A stretch of DNA of 64,000 bases from an uncultured Pseudomonadota bacterium (GTDB taxonomy: Bacteria > CALINM01), in the NCBI GenBank assembly GCA_964540515.1, contig CAZIMS010000001.1, forward strand, positions 223,291-287,290, given 5' to 3'. Both the position numbers and the translations under genes were made by a program. Each line of letters begins with the position of its first letter. Within the stretch, counting starts at the first letter, position 1. Of the stretch, positions 39,990-49,561 are shown piece by piece. A model generated the notes under the pieces. The model did no database searches and was not told the DNA's origin. It saw nothing but the letters and a program-made list of their open reading frames with translations.

Positions 39990-41295
39990 GATATCCTACA
40001 GAAATATTAGCGAGATAAAGGGACCACTACTTTTTTTAGAGGGAGTTTTCTCCGTTAGATCGGGAGAGGTGGTTAAGATAATCTACCCCGATAAAAAAGA
40101 GGGGAGAGGAGAGGTATTAAAAATAGATAAAAATAAAGTGCTTATACAGATTTTTTCAGATCCCAAGGGGCTTTCTGTTGAGGCTCAGGTAATTTTTACA
40201 AATGATATAGCCAAAGTGCCTCTATCTATGCAGATACTAAATAGAGTTTTTGATGGCTCCTTTAAGCCTTTAGATGATAAAGGGTTTTTTATTCCCGTAA
40301 AGAAGGTTCCTATCACAGGCTATCCCATAAATCCAGTAAGTCGGGCATCACCAGAAGATTTTATAGAAACAGGATTATCTACCATAGATGGGCTTAACAC
40401 TCTTGTAAAAGGCCAGAAATTACCAATATTTTCAGGCTCAGGTCTTCCTTCAAAGGAGATTGTAAGGTTTATATTACAAAATGCAAAGATAAGAAGTGAT
40501 AAGAATTTTGCTGTAGTCTTTATTGCTATTGGTCTTTCCTTTTATGACTATCATCACTACTTAGATACTATTAAAACATTAAATGCAAACTATGTAGCCT
40601 TTATAAATCTTTTAGATAGTCCTACAATGGAAAGATTATTAGTACCTCGCTATGGCCTTACAGTTGCGGAATACTTTGCCTTTGAACATGCCTTTGATGT
40701 GCTTGTTATTATATCTGATATGACTAACTATTGTGATGCCCTAAGAGAGATATCCTCTGCAAGAGAAGAGCTTCCTGGTAGGCGTGGATATCCGGGTTTT
40801 ATGTACTCTGACCTAGCTAGTCTTTATGAAAGGGCAGGTAGATTAAAAAATAAAGAAGGCTCTGTTACAATTCTTCCTGTTCTTACTGTGCCAGAAGATG
40901 ATATTACCCATCCTATACCAGATCTGACAGGCTATATAACTGAGGGACAGATTGTCTTATCAAGAAAGCTCCACCAAAAAAATATATTTCCACCAATAGA
41001 TGTTTTGCCAAGCCTATCAAGACTTATGAATAGAGGTATAGGTGAGGGTAAAACCCTTAAAGAGCATCGGCACATAGCAAATCAGCTATACAGACTTTAT
41101 GCGAAAGGTGTTGATCTAAGAAAACTCTCAGCACTCTCTGGGAGAGAGGGTTTGCCCGAAAAAGAACAAAAAATTCTTGATTTCGCAGAATTTTTTGAGA
41201 AAAAATTTATCCACCAAGAAAAAAGAAGAGACATAAAAGAGACCTTAGAGATAGGCATTAACCTTATTAATAAAGTCGAGAATATTAATCTATAA
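39976..41295 (+). CDS. A/V-type ATPase regulatory subunit B
   Basis: 439 aa; B-subunit motifs (SGSGLP, PGRRGYPGFMYSDLASLYERAG). Confidence 0.9.
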   Translation: MNLFEISYRNISEIKGPLLFLEGVFSVRSGEVVKIIYPDKKEGRGEVLKIDKNKVLIQIFSDPKGLSVEAQVIFTNDIAKVPLSMQILNRVFDGSFKPLDDKGFFIPVKKVPITGYPINPVSRASPEDFIETGLSTIDGLNTLVKGQKLPIFSGSGLPSKEIVRFILQNAKIRSDKNFAVVFIAIGLSFYDYHHYLDTIKTLNANYVAFINLLDSPTMERLLVPRYGLTVAEYFAFEHAFDVLVIISDMTNYCDALREISSAREELPGRRGYPGFMYSDLASLYERAGRLKNKEGSVTILPVLTVPEDDITHPIPDLTGYITEGQIVLSRKLHQKNIFPPIDVLPSLSRLMNRGIGEGKTLKEHRHIANQLYRLYAKGVDLRKLSALSGREGLPEKEQKILDFAEFFEKKFIHQEKRRDIKETLEIGINLINKVENINL

Positions 41296-41435
41296 ACAAC
41301 ATTTTTTAATTTATTATTTCAAAGAAGTTAACAAAACATTAAATCATTTGACTATAAATAGATTTTTAATATATTTTTAATTATAAGTATAAACAAAACC
41401 TATGAATGGCACGTAGGTGAAAAAAAGGAGGATCT

Positions 41436-42422
41436 ATGCTAAAAAAAGGCTTCTTTGTGGTTGTTGCCCTAATGTTTTTTCTTGCCTGTGCCACTATGCA
41501 AGAAAAAAGGGCAAAGATGTTTTCACCCTTAGAGTATCTTCAGGGAGCCTCTTATGTAGGTAGCGAAAGCTGTAAGGGCTGCCACGAAAAAGTATTCAGT
41601 GACAAAGCAAATGTGCATCTAAGGGTAAAAGATTTTGAGACTGGCGGGATAAAGACTGGTTGCGAGAGCTGTCATGGTCCTGGTTCTTTACATGTTGAAG
41701 GTCAGGTTGAAAAGATTATTAGCTTTAAGAAAAAAGATTTAGACGTAGTATCCCAATGTATGGCCTGTCATCAAACAATGAAGACCATGTCCTTTGAAGG
41801 CACAGCCCATGCAAAGGATGGTATAGTCTGTATTGAATGTCACAAGGTGCACGACAATAAAATAGCAAAGTTACTCAAAAAAGAAGAAACCGCTCTCTGT
41901 ACAACATGTCATTTAGATATTAAATCAAAGCTTTATAACCCCTCTCATCATCCTATTAGGGAGGCCAAAATGTCTTGCTCAAGCTGTCATAATGTACACA
42001 ATGCTAACGCTGGTATGTTAAACACAGATGAGGGTAGCAAAGAGCTTTGCCTTTCTTGCCACACCAAGTATCAAGGTCCCTTTGTATTTGAACATGCACC
42101 TGTTATAGAAGATTGTATGAACTGTCATAATCCACACGGGACAATAGCCAATAAGCTTCTTAAACAAAATGAGCCTTTCGTCTGTCTACAGTGTCACGAA
42201 GCCCATTTCCACGCCCTTAGAGCATCCTCTAAGAATGATTTGCAATATTTAGGCATTCGGGATCCCTATACAAATAATCCAGTTACTATAAAAGGTGATC
42301 CAGACCAAAGAGGTTTCCAGAAGGCATACTTAACCAAGTGCACCCAGTGTCATACATCTGTTCATGGTTCTGACCTGCCATCTCAGGGCATAACAAGTCA
42401 GGGCAAAAGTTTGACAAGATAG
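41436..42422 (+). CDS. Periplasmic decahaem c-type cytochrome, MtrA/MtoA/PioA family
   Basis: Ten CxxCH motifs counted directly (CKGCH, CESCH, CMACH, CIECH, CTTCH, CSSCH, CLSCH, CMNCH, CLQCH, CTQCH) in 328 aa. The N-terminal signal peptide has a probable A-x-A cleavage site. Confidence 0.85.
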   Translation: MLKKGFFVVVALMFFLACATMQEKRAKMFSPLEYLQGASYVGSESCKGCHEKVFSDKANVHLRVKDFETGGIKTGCESCHGPGSLHVEGQVEKIISFKKKDLDVVSQCMACHQTMKTMSFEGTAHAKDGIVCIECHKVHDNKIAKLLKKEETALCTTCHLDIKSKLYNPSHHPIREAKMSCSSCHNVHNANAGMLNTDEGSKELCLSCHTKYQGPFVFEHAPVIEDCMNCHNPHGTIANKLLKQNEPFVCLQCHEAHFHALRASSKNDLQYLGIRDPYTNNPVTIKGDPDQRGFQKAYLTKCTQCHTSVHGSDLPSQGITSQGKSLTR

Positions 42423-42431
42423 GAGGGCCAT

Positions 42432-44894
42432 ATGAAAAAAATTATGATATCAATTATATGTTTGCTTTTAGGGGTGAGCTTATCCTACGGAGATGATAAA
42501 AGTTTTTCTGGCTCCATAAAGATAGGTGGCTCAGGCCATGATTTAAAAGATTCGGGCACCCTTGTATCTGAATACAACAAAGAAAACAAGAATGACATAA
42601 ACCCATTAGTAGAGATTAAAGGTATCTATGATAAAGAGGCAAGGATAGAGTTTAAAGGTAGCTATATCCACCCAGAAAGTCAGTATTATAAGTTTAAGCT
42701 TGATGGTGAAAGAGTCTTTAGATTCGAAACAGACTATCAAAGATTTTTTCATATCACCAGTAAGGATAATCTAAAAAATCTTTGGGCCCATGTTGGTGAA
42801 GATTATAGGAACAATACCACTTTGGCATCAGGGCCAGATGGAAATGCAGATCCTATGCGTGCACCCGGATTTGCTTTAGTACCAGCAACAGGAACAACTT
42901 CTTTAGGGCAAATAGGCTCAGCGACGGTTTATAATAGTGATATGTCGACAATGTCAAATTATGGCAAATCCGTTACGGAATGGAAAAATAACCTTTATGT
43001 AAATCTGCCAGCTTTAAATGGAGTAACCTTTGGTATAAAGAGTAAGATATTAGAAAGAAAAGGTTTTGACCATTCAACCGTAACTGCCCATTGTAGCACC
43101 TGTCATGTAACAGGCTACGATAAAAGGGTAGAAGAAAAAACCACAGATATCACTCCTTTTATTGATGCTAAGCTTGGTAAATTTTCTTTCAACTATAAAA
43201 TGTCTGCAAGAGACTTCTCAAATAAGGCAGAAGAGACCTTTAAATACGACAGAACAGGCAGCCCTCTTGATAATTCAAACCCCTTCAGAAATAGGAATAT
43301 GTTTGATATAGATGACGGTTATCTACCAGCTAATGTTGACCCTGAATCAAAAAAATTTACAAACACTCTAAAGCTAAGATACGACTTCTCCAAAAACGCA
43401 AATATTATAGTTACAGGTATTCTTTCTGAATCTACAAACAAGTCAACCAACGGTGCCTATGACCTTTTAAGAGGTAAGTATGGTAAAGACCTTGAGTCTG
43501 ATTATAAAGCGTTAGATCTAAAATACCATAGAAAGATTAATAAAGACCTTACCTTTAATATGAAGGCCTATTATAAAACACAAGAAAATGATGATGTCTT
43601 TATAGATGTCATAGAAAGATTAAACCCCGCTGGAGCACCAGGTGGCGCAGTAACTTTTCTAAATGGTCTTCAAACTAACACTTATAATACTACAACTAAT
43701 TTTACCTCCTTTGGTATAGAAGCCTATCCAAACCCACTTGTTTTAGATTTTACAAGACATTCACTACTTAATAGAGACGAGATGGGGATTAATTTTGATC
43801 TAAATTATAGACTGTCAAAAGAGCTTAATCTCTTTGCTTTACTTGGTGTAGATAAGATAAAGAGAGATTATGCCCATGAGTATGAGGTGACTGAAGAAAC
43901 AGAAAAATATAGTCTAAAAATAGGAGCAAACTACAAACCCTCTTCCACGCTAAGATCAAAGCTAACATATAAATATACTAAAATAGATGACCCTTTTATA
44001 TTTTTTAAAGCTGGTTGTGCTGAATCTTATTCACGAGGCGATGCTAATGATACCGATGGCTTAGAACCACATATTTATTACAATGTACCTGTTGGAATGT
44101 ATCGGTGGGACGCTTTATATGGTCCGGTTGTATACAATAGAAGGAAGGCAGGCATGAGCATAGAGCCTACAGGAGAACATCAGATTGACTTAACAATAAA
44201 CTATCTTCCAACAGAGAAGCTTGGTGTTGATCTTTCTGCAAAAATAAAAGATGCAAAAAATGATGATCTTGCCACCTATGACTGGAAAAGAAAGATTTAC
44301 AACGCCAATGCCAATCTGAACTATGCTGTAAACCAAGATTTTGGCCTATACATTGCTTACAACTATCTTAGAGAAAAATATGATAGTATCCTCTGTGCCT
44401 CCTATTACGATGGTTGAGCAAACATAATTCTCTCAAGCCAGGTTGGCTCTGAGCAAAACAATATTAACTATAAAAACGAAGCAAACACAATACTCTTAGG
44501 TGGTAACTATAGTCTAAATAAAAAGACTAACCTTACGGCAAACTTTGTATATAACAAGATTAAAGGCTACATAGAGGGACCAAATTTTGCAAACTCTGTC
44601 TGGACTGACAAAAAGCTGGGTTATCTTTATGATGGTATAGATAATATACAAGGCAATAATCCATCAGAAGTATTGCTTTATAATTTTGCCTATATGAATA
44701 TCTTGCCTGAGCTTTCAGATCTCCAATATGATATTTATGATTTTAATATCTCCGGAGATTATAAGGTCACCGATAATTTAAAGGTGTCCCTTGGCTATCT
44801 CCTATCTGTGGTGAAGGATAAAAAGGGCTATGTATATGGTGACGAAGATGGAAAGATCCATACTGTCTCTGCAAGTTTAACATACAACTTCTAA
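42432..44894 (+). CDS. MtrB/MtoB/PioB-like outer-membrane beta-barrel (porin partner of the decahaem cytochrome). It is a single ~820-codon frame interrupted by one in-frame TGA at 44415-44417.
   Basis: Signal peptide; alternating amphipathic beta-strand pattern rich in Y/N/T/G; C-terminal ...LTYNF ending in Phe, typical of an OMP. ORFs 42432-44417 and 44673-44894 are in the same frame, and the sequence between them is open except for one TGA. Confidence 0.6.
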
Positions 44895-44916
44895 GAAATA
44901 TCTGATATCTTAAAAA

Positions 44917-44947
44917 AGGGGTGCTAATAAAGCACCTCTTTTTTTAA
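44917..44947 (+). terminator. Rho-independent terminator after the porin-cytochrome operon
   Basis: GC-rich inverted repeat AGGGGTGCT...AGCACCTCT followed by a T-run. Confidence 0.5.
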
Positions 44948-45033
44948 TAAAATGCTAATAACATTTCTAAATATTAATTCGTCGTTGTTTTATCAGGTAA
45001 AAAACTATAAAATTATTAAAAACTAAAGGATGA

Positions 45034-46530
45034 TTGATGAGTATTTACGTGCTTGTTGTTATTTTTGTCTTTCTTATGCTTTTGTCAGGCCTATTGGGTT
45101 TTTTTAAAACAAAAACAGCTGATGATTTTGTTATTGGCAATAGGAATGTGGGACCATGGCTTTCTGCCTTTGCCTATGGTACAACTTATTTTTCTGCTGT
45201 TTTATTTATTGGATACGCAGGAAAGATTGGATACACCTTTGGGCTTAAATCGCTCTGGATTGCTGTTGGAAACGCCCTATTAGGCAGTTTCATCGCTTGG
45301 AAGGTACTTGCAAAAAAAACAAGAGAGCTAACGGAAAGGCTTAACGCACGCACTATGCCAGAGTTTTTTGCTGCTCGATATAACTGCAAAGCCTATAAGT
45401 ATATCTCGGCAATTATTATCTTTGTTTTTTTGGTTCCCTATTCTGCCTCTGTTTATATGGGGCTAAGCTATTTCTTTGAATCTCTATTTAAAATTCCCTA
45501 TGTCTATGCTCTCTTGTTTATGGCTGGCTTAACTACTATATATCTTCTTCTTGGCGGTTATAGAGCCGTTGCCTTGGCAGACTTTATTCAAGGAATTATT
45601 ATGATAGCAGGTGTTTTTTTGATGGTCTATTTTCTTCTTGCAAATCAGAAAATAGAGGGTATTAAAAATGTGCCTGTAAGACTCTATGAGATAAACCCAA
45701 GCTATACGGAGTTTTGGGGAGGTAAGGGCTTTTTATCCATTTTTTTTCTTATGTTACTTACGAGTTTTGGTGCCTGGGGGATGCCTCAGATGATCCAAAA
45801 ATTTTATGCCATAAAGGATACAAACTCAATAAAACCAGCTACATATATCTCTTCTATATTTGCCTTGATAATTGCAGTAGGAGCCTACTTTACAGGTTCT
45901 TTAACTCCTCTCTTTTTTAAAAGCATACCCTACGACCCCGTTACAATGAAGGCCAATCCTGATTTGCTTGTGCCTCAGATGCTATCTAACTACGTGCCTG
46001 AGTGGGTAACAGCATTAATCTTTTTATTAGTCCTTTCTGCATCAATGTCTACCCTCTCGTCACTTGTGCTTGTCTCCAGCTCAGCCGTTACTATAGATTT
46101 TTTAGGAGATTTAGGCCTTTTTAAAGATAATAAGGTGCAGATACTTGCCTTACGAATATTTTCTTTAGTATTTATTTGTCTTTCAGTGTATATCGCTCTT
46201 AAGAAGCCAACAATTATATTATCATTAATGGCAATCTCTTGGGGGGCTGTCTCAGGTGCTTTTTTAGCGCCCTATCTCTATGGTCTCTTTAGTAAGAATG
46301 TAAATGCTATATCTGCTATAACAGGTACTTTTAGTGGCTTGTTTATAACGATTGTCTTATCAATAATCTATAATTTTGATCCAGCTAAGTTGCCTATGGT
46401 GAGCGTCCTTAGTATGGCAGTGCCGCTAATTATTATACCTATTATGACTCTCATAACTGCAAAAAGAGAATATATAACAGAGATAGGTATAGCTGAAAAA
46501 AATTTTATTGACGAGGAAAAAAATTTGTAG
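45034..46530 (+). CDS. Sodium:solute symporter family (SSS) transporter
   Basis: 13-TM 498-aa protein with SSS-family signature regions (GGYRAVALADFIQG). Confidence 0.8.
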   Translation: MMSIYVLVVIFVFLMLLSGLLGFFKTKTADDFVIGNRNVGPWLSAFAYGTTYFSAVLFIGYAGKIGYTFGLKSLWIAVGNALLGSFIAWKVLAKKTRELTERLNARTMPEFFAARYNCKAYKYISAIIIFVFLVPYSASVYMGLSYFFESLFKIPYVYALLFMAGLTTIYLLLGGYRAVALADFIQGIIMIAGVFLMVYFLLANQKIEGIKNVPVRLYEINPSYTEFWGGKGFLSIFFLMLLTSFGAWGMPQMIQKFYAIKDTNSIKPATYISSIFALIIAVGAYFTGSLTPLFFKSIPYDPVTMKANPDLLVPQMLSNYVPEWVTALIFLLVLSASMSTLSSLVLVSSSAVTIDFLGDLGLFKDNKVQILALRIFSLVFICLSVYIALKKPTIILSLMAISWGAVSGAFLAPYLYGLFSKNVNAISAITGTFSGLFITIVLSIIYNFDPAKLPMVSVLSMAVPLIIIPIMTLITAKREYITEIGIAEKNFIDEEKNL

Positions 46531-46554
46531 TATAAAAATATACTCTATATTTAT

Positions 46555-46630
46555 GAGCCGCTAGCTCAGACGGTAGAGCATCTGCCTTTTAAGCAGGTGG
46601 TCGATGGTTCGAATCCATCGCGGCTCACCA
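46555..46630 (+). tRNA. tRNA-Lys (anticodon TTT), CCA encoded
   Basis: GAGCCGCTAGCTCAGACGGTAGAGCATCTGCCTTTTAAGCAGGTGGTCGATGGTTCGAATCCATCGCGGCTCACCA; anticodon loop CTTTTAA. Confidence 0.9.
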
Positions 46631-46631
46631 C

Positions 46632-46704
46632 GTCCCCATCGTCTAGAGGCCAAGGACACGGGCCTTTCACGCCTGTAACCGGGGTTCGAATCCCCGTGGG
46701 GACG
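46632..46704 (+). tRNA. tRNA-Glu (anticodon TTC)
   Basis: GTCCCCATCGTCTAGAGGCCAAGGACACGGGCCTTTCACGCCTGTAACCGGGGTTCGAATCCCCGTGGGGACG; anticodon loop CTTTCAC. Confidence 0.9.
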
Positions 46705-46746
46705 TTTAATTTTATAAAATTTCCTTTATATCTTCTTTTAATTAGC

Positions 46747-47991
46747 TTATATCTTACATCTATCTGATGTTTTTATGGCGCAAAGGTCACCGCACATTGT
46801 GCAAGGCTCTTCTTGACTTAGCTTATCACCTAACATATCTTTTGCCTTTTTAGGATTAAAGGTTAAGCTTGCCTGCCTTTGCCAATCTAACTTTCTCCTT
46901 GCTAAAGCCATCTCTTTTTCTTTCTCCCAGGCTAATTTGTTAGCTCTCGCTAAATCGGCAGAGTGAGCAGCTAACCTAAGAGCGATTACGCCTTCTTTTA
47001 CCTCTTCTGCCGTTGGTAGCTTTAGATGTTCTGCAGGAGTAACATAGCAGAGAAAATCTGCTCCAAAGTAAGCGGCCCAAGAAGCACCAATTGCAGCAGA
47101 GATATGGTCATAGCCTGCAGCGATGTCTGTAACAAGAGGACCTAACACATAAAAGGGTGCATTATGGCATAAGTATTTTTGCATTTTTATATTGGTCTCT
47201 ATTTGGTTAATCGGTACATGGCCAGGACCTTCAACTATTGCTGGTACAGCAAGCTCTCTACTTTTCTTTACCAACTCACCAAGTATTATAAGCTCACTTA
47301 TCTGGCTTGCATCGGTGGCATCAAGGGTAGAGCCTGGTCTTAACCCATCTCCTAAGCTAATTGCAACGCTATATTTTTTCATTATCCTTAAAATATCTTC
47401 AAAATGCTCATAAAGAGGGTTTTCTTTATTATTTTTTTCCATCCACTCAACAAGAAGAGATCCGCCTCTTGAGACTACACCAAGTATCCGTTTATTTTTC
47501 TTTAATCTCTCTACACAATGCCTTGTAAGCCCAGCATGTATAGTCATAAAATCGACACCACTTTCTGCCTGCTCTTCCAAGACTTCGAGAAAGTTTTTTA
47601 TATCCATCTTTTCAAAACCAACATTTTTTTTCACTATAAGATCATAGGCAATCTCATAGATTGGTACTGTACCAAGAGGTAGTTTTGTCTGAGATAAGAT
47701 CTCTTTTCTAATCTTTTTAAGATCCCCACCTGTTGATAGGTCCATTATTGCATGGGCTCCAAATTCTTCAGAGACCTTAACTTTTTTTAGCTCCTCTTTA
47801 ATATCGCAATGTCTCTCTGAGGTGCCAATATTCGCATTAATCTTTACAGATAGAGGAAAGCCAATCCCCAATGGCTCAATGTCTCTCTGCTTGTTTTTTA
47901 CAATTACAATAGACCCTTCCTCTAAGCCTTTCTCTAAGATGCTTATATCTACCTGTTCTTTTTTTGCTACAATACTTATTAGTTCTTTCAT
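46747..47991 (-). CDS. thiC: Phosphomethylpyrimidine synthase ThiC
   Basis: 414 aa radical-SAM-type ThiC with the C-terminal CxxCGxxC cluster motif (CTMCGDLCAI). Confidence 0.9.
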   Translation of the reverse strand: MKELISIVAKKEQVDISILEKGLEEGSIVIVKNKQRDIEPLGIGFPLSVKINANIGTSERHCDIKEELKKVKVSEEFGAHAIMDLSTGGDLKKIRKEILSQTKLPLGTVPIYEIAYDLIVKKNVGFEKMDIKNFLEVLEEQAESGVDFMTIHAGLTRHCVERLKKNKRILGVVSRGGSLLVEWMEKNNKENPLYEHFEDILRIMKKYSVAISLGDGLRPGSTLDATDASQISELIILGELVKKSRELAVPAIVEGPGHVPINQIETNIKMQKYLCHNAPFYVLGPLVTDIAAGYDHISAAIGASWAAYFGADFLCYVTPAEHLKLPTAEEVKEGVIALRLAAHSADLARANKLAWEKEKEMALARRKLDWQRQASLTFNPKKAKDMLGDKLSQEEPCTMCGDLCAIKTSDRCKI

Positions 47992-47992
47992 C

Positions 47993-48589
47993 TTATCCCC
48001 ATTGCATTCTTAATTTTTGTAAACTTTTTAGGTAATCTTTATTACCAAAAACAAGACTTCTTATAGCAATACCATAGGCACCTGCCTCTTTTATAAGATA
48101 GCTATTATCTTGATTAATACCGCCAATTGCATAGACAGGCTTACTTGTTAGCGATACAATCCTTTTTAAGGTCTCTATCCCCCTGCCTGCCACGCCTTCT
48201 TTGCATGATGTCTCAAAAACATTACCATATACAAAAAAATCCGCCTCATTACAAAATCTTTTCACCCTCTCCTCATCATGGACAGAAAGTCCAATTTTAA
48301 GTTGAGGAAATTTTTTCTTAACAAGAGAAGGCTCAATACTAACCTCTTTTAACTGAACACCAAAGACATTGTATATATATGCAAGATCTACCCTATCATT
48401 AATGACAAGATTAATCTTGTCATCGGCTATCTTTAAAATTTTATCTATTGTCTCCGATAACTCTTTTGCTGTTAAATCATTTTCTCTAAGCTGAATAAAA
48501 TTAAATCCTTCCTTGAGCAAGTCAGAGACAATTGTATAAAAATTAGCCCCTGCAAGCTTTCTGTCTGTAATAATATAAATCCTATCCAT
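47993..48589 (-). CDS. thiE: Thiamine-phosphate synthase ThiE
   Basis: 198 aa TMP-synthase fold (IYIITDRKL, IQLREND, VYAIGGIN). Confidence 0.8.
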   Translation of the reverse strand: MDRIYIITDRKLAGANFYTIVSDLLKEGFNFIQLRENDLTAKELSETIDKILKIADDKINLVINDRVDLAYIYNVFGVQLKEVSIEPSLVKKKFPQLKIGLSVHDEERVKRFCNEADFFVYGNVFETSCKEGVAGRGIETLKRIVSLTSKPVYAIGGINQDNSYLIKEAGAYGIAIRSLVFGNKDYLKSLQKLRMQWG

Positions 48590-49377
48590 TACTCAATTAA
48601 ATCTGTCAAGGGACTTGAAGCTGAGGCGTATAGTTTTTTTGGCATTCTACCGGCTAAATAGGCAAGTCTGCCAGCTTCAACGGCAAGCCTCATGGCACGG
48701 GCCATCATAATAGGATTTTTTGCCGCAGCTATTCCTGTATTCATCAAAACACCAGCACAACCAAGCTCCATGGCTATAGAAGCATCTGATGCTGTACCAA
48801 CTCCAGCATCAACAATAACTGGAACCTTAACAGTCTCTAAGATAATTTTTATGTTGTAGGGGTTTCTAATTCCTAAACCAGAGCCAATAGGTGCTCCTAA
48901 GGGCATAACGGCAGCACAACCTATATCCTCTAATTTTTTAGCCATAATGGGGTCATCATTTGTATAAGGAAGGACGATAAAACCTTCATCAACAAGTATC
49001 TTAGCTGCCTTAAGGAGTTCCTCGTTGTCAGGAAAGAGGGTTTTTTTATCTCCAATAACCTCAAGCTTTACCATATCAGAAAGCCCCATCTCTCTTGCAA
49101 GTCTTGCTGTCCTAACGGCTTCTTCAGCTGTGTAGCAACCTGCTGTGTTAGGAAGTATAGTAATGTTAAGCTCAGATAGATAATCAAGAATTGTCCTTTT
49201 TTGACTGGCGATCTCTATTCTTCGTAGAGCAACTGTTACAACCTCTGCGCCGGACTCTTCTATAGCGCCGAGCATAAGCTCAGGTGTTTCATACTTACCT
49301 GTTCCAACAAAGAGCCTTGATTTAAACTTTTTTCCTCCAATCTCTAATAGATCTTGCATATTATCCTCCTCCAACAA
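48589..49377 (-). CDS. thiG: Thiazole synthase ThiG
   Basis: 262 aa; TIM-barrel ThiG with Schiff-base Lys region ([16 protein letters not shown]). Confidence 0.9.
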   Translation of the reverse strand: MLEEDNMQDLLEIGGKKFKSRLFVGTGKYETPELMLGAIEESGAEVVTVALRRIEIASQKRTILDYLSELNITILPNTAGCYTAEEAVRTARLAREMGLSDMVKLEVIGDKKTLFPDNEELLKAAKILVDEGFIVLPYTNDDPIMAKKLEDIGCAAVMPLGAPIGSGLGIRNPYNIKIILETVKVPVIVDAGVGTASDASIAMELGCAGVLMNTGIAAAKNPIMMARAMRLAVEAGRLAYLAGRMPKKLYASASSPLTDLIE

Positions 49378-49561
49378 AAGTTACGATCTCTATTTGATCG
49401 TTTTCTTTAATATTTGTACTGTCCCAGTTAGAACGTTTAACTATCTCCTTGTTTAGCTCGACGGCCACATAATTTTGTTTAATTTTAAGAAAATTAAGTA
49501 GCTCAGATACAGTTATGTTATCAGGTATGGTAGTCTCTTTTCCGTTAATCTTAACTATCAT
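49361..49561 (-). CDS. thiS: Sulfur carrier protein ThiS
   Basis: 66 aa ubiquitin-like protein ending ...VGGG. Confidence 0.75.
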   Translation of the reverse strand: MIVKINGKETTIPDNITVSELLNFLKIKQNYVAVELNKEIVKRSNWDSTNIKENDQIEIVTFVGGG

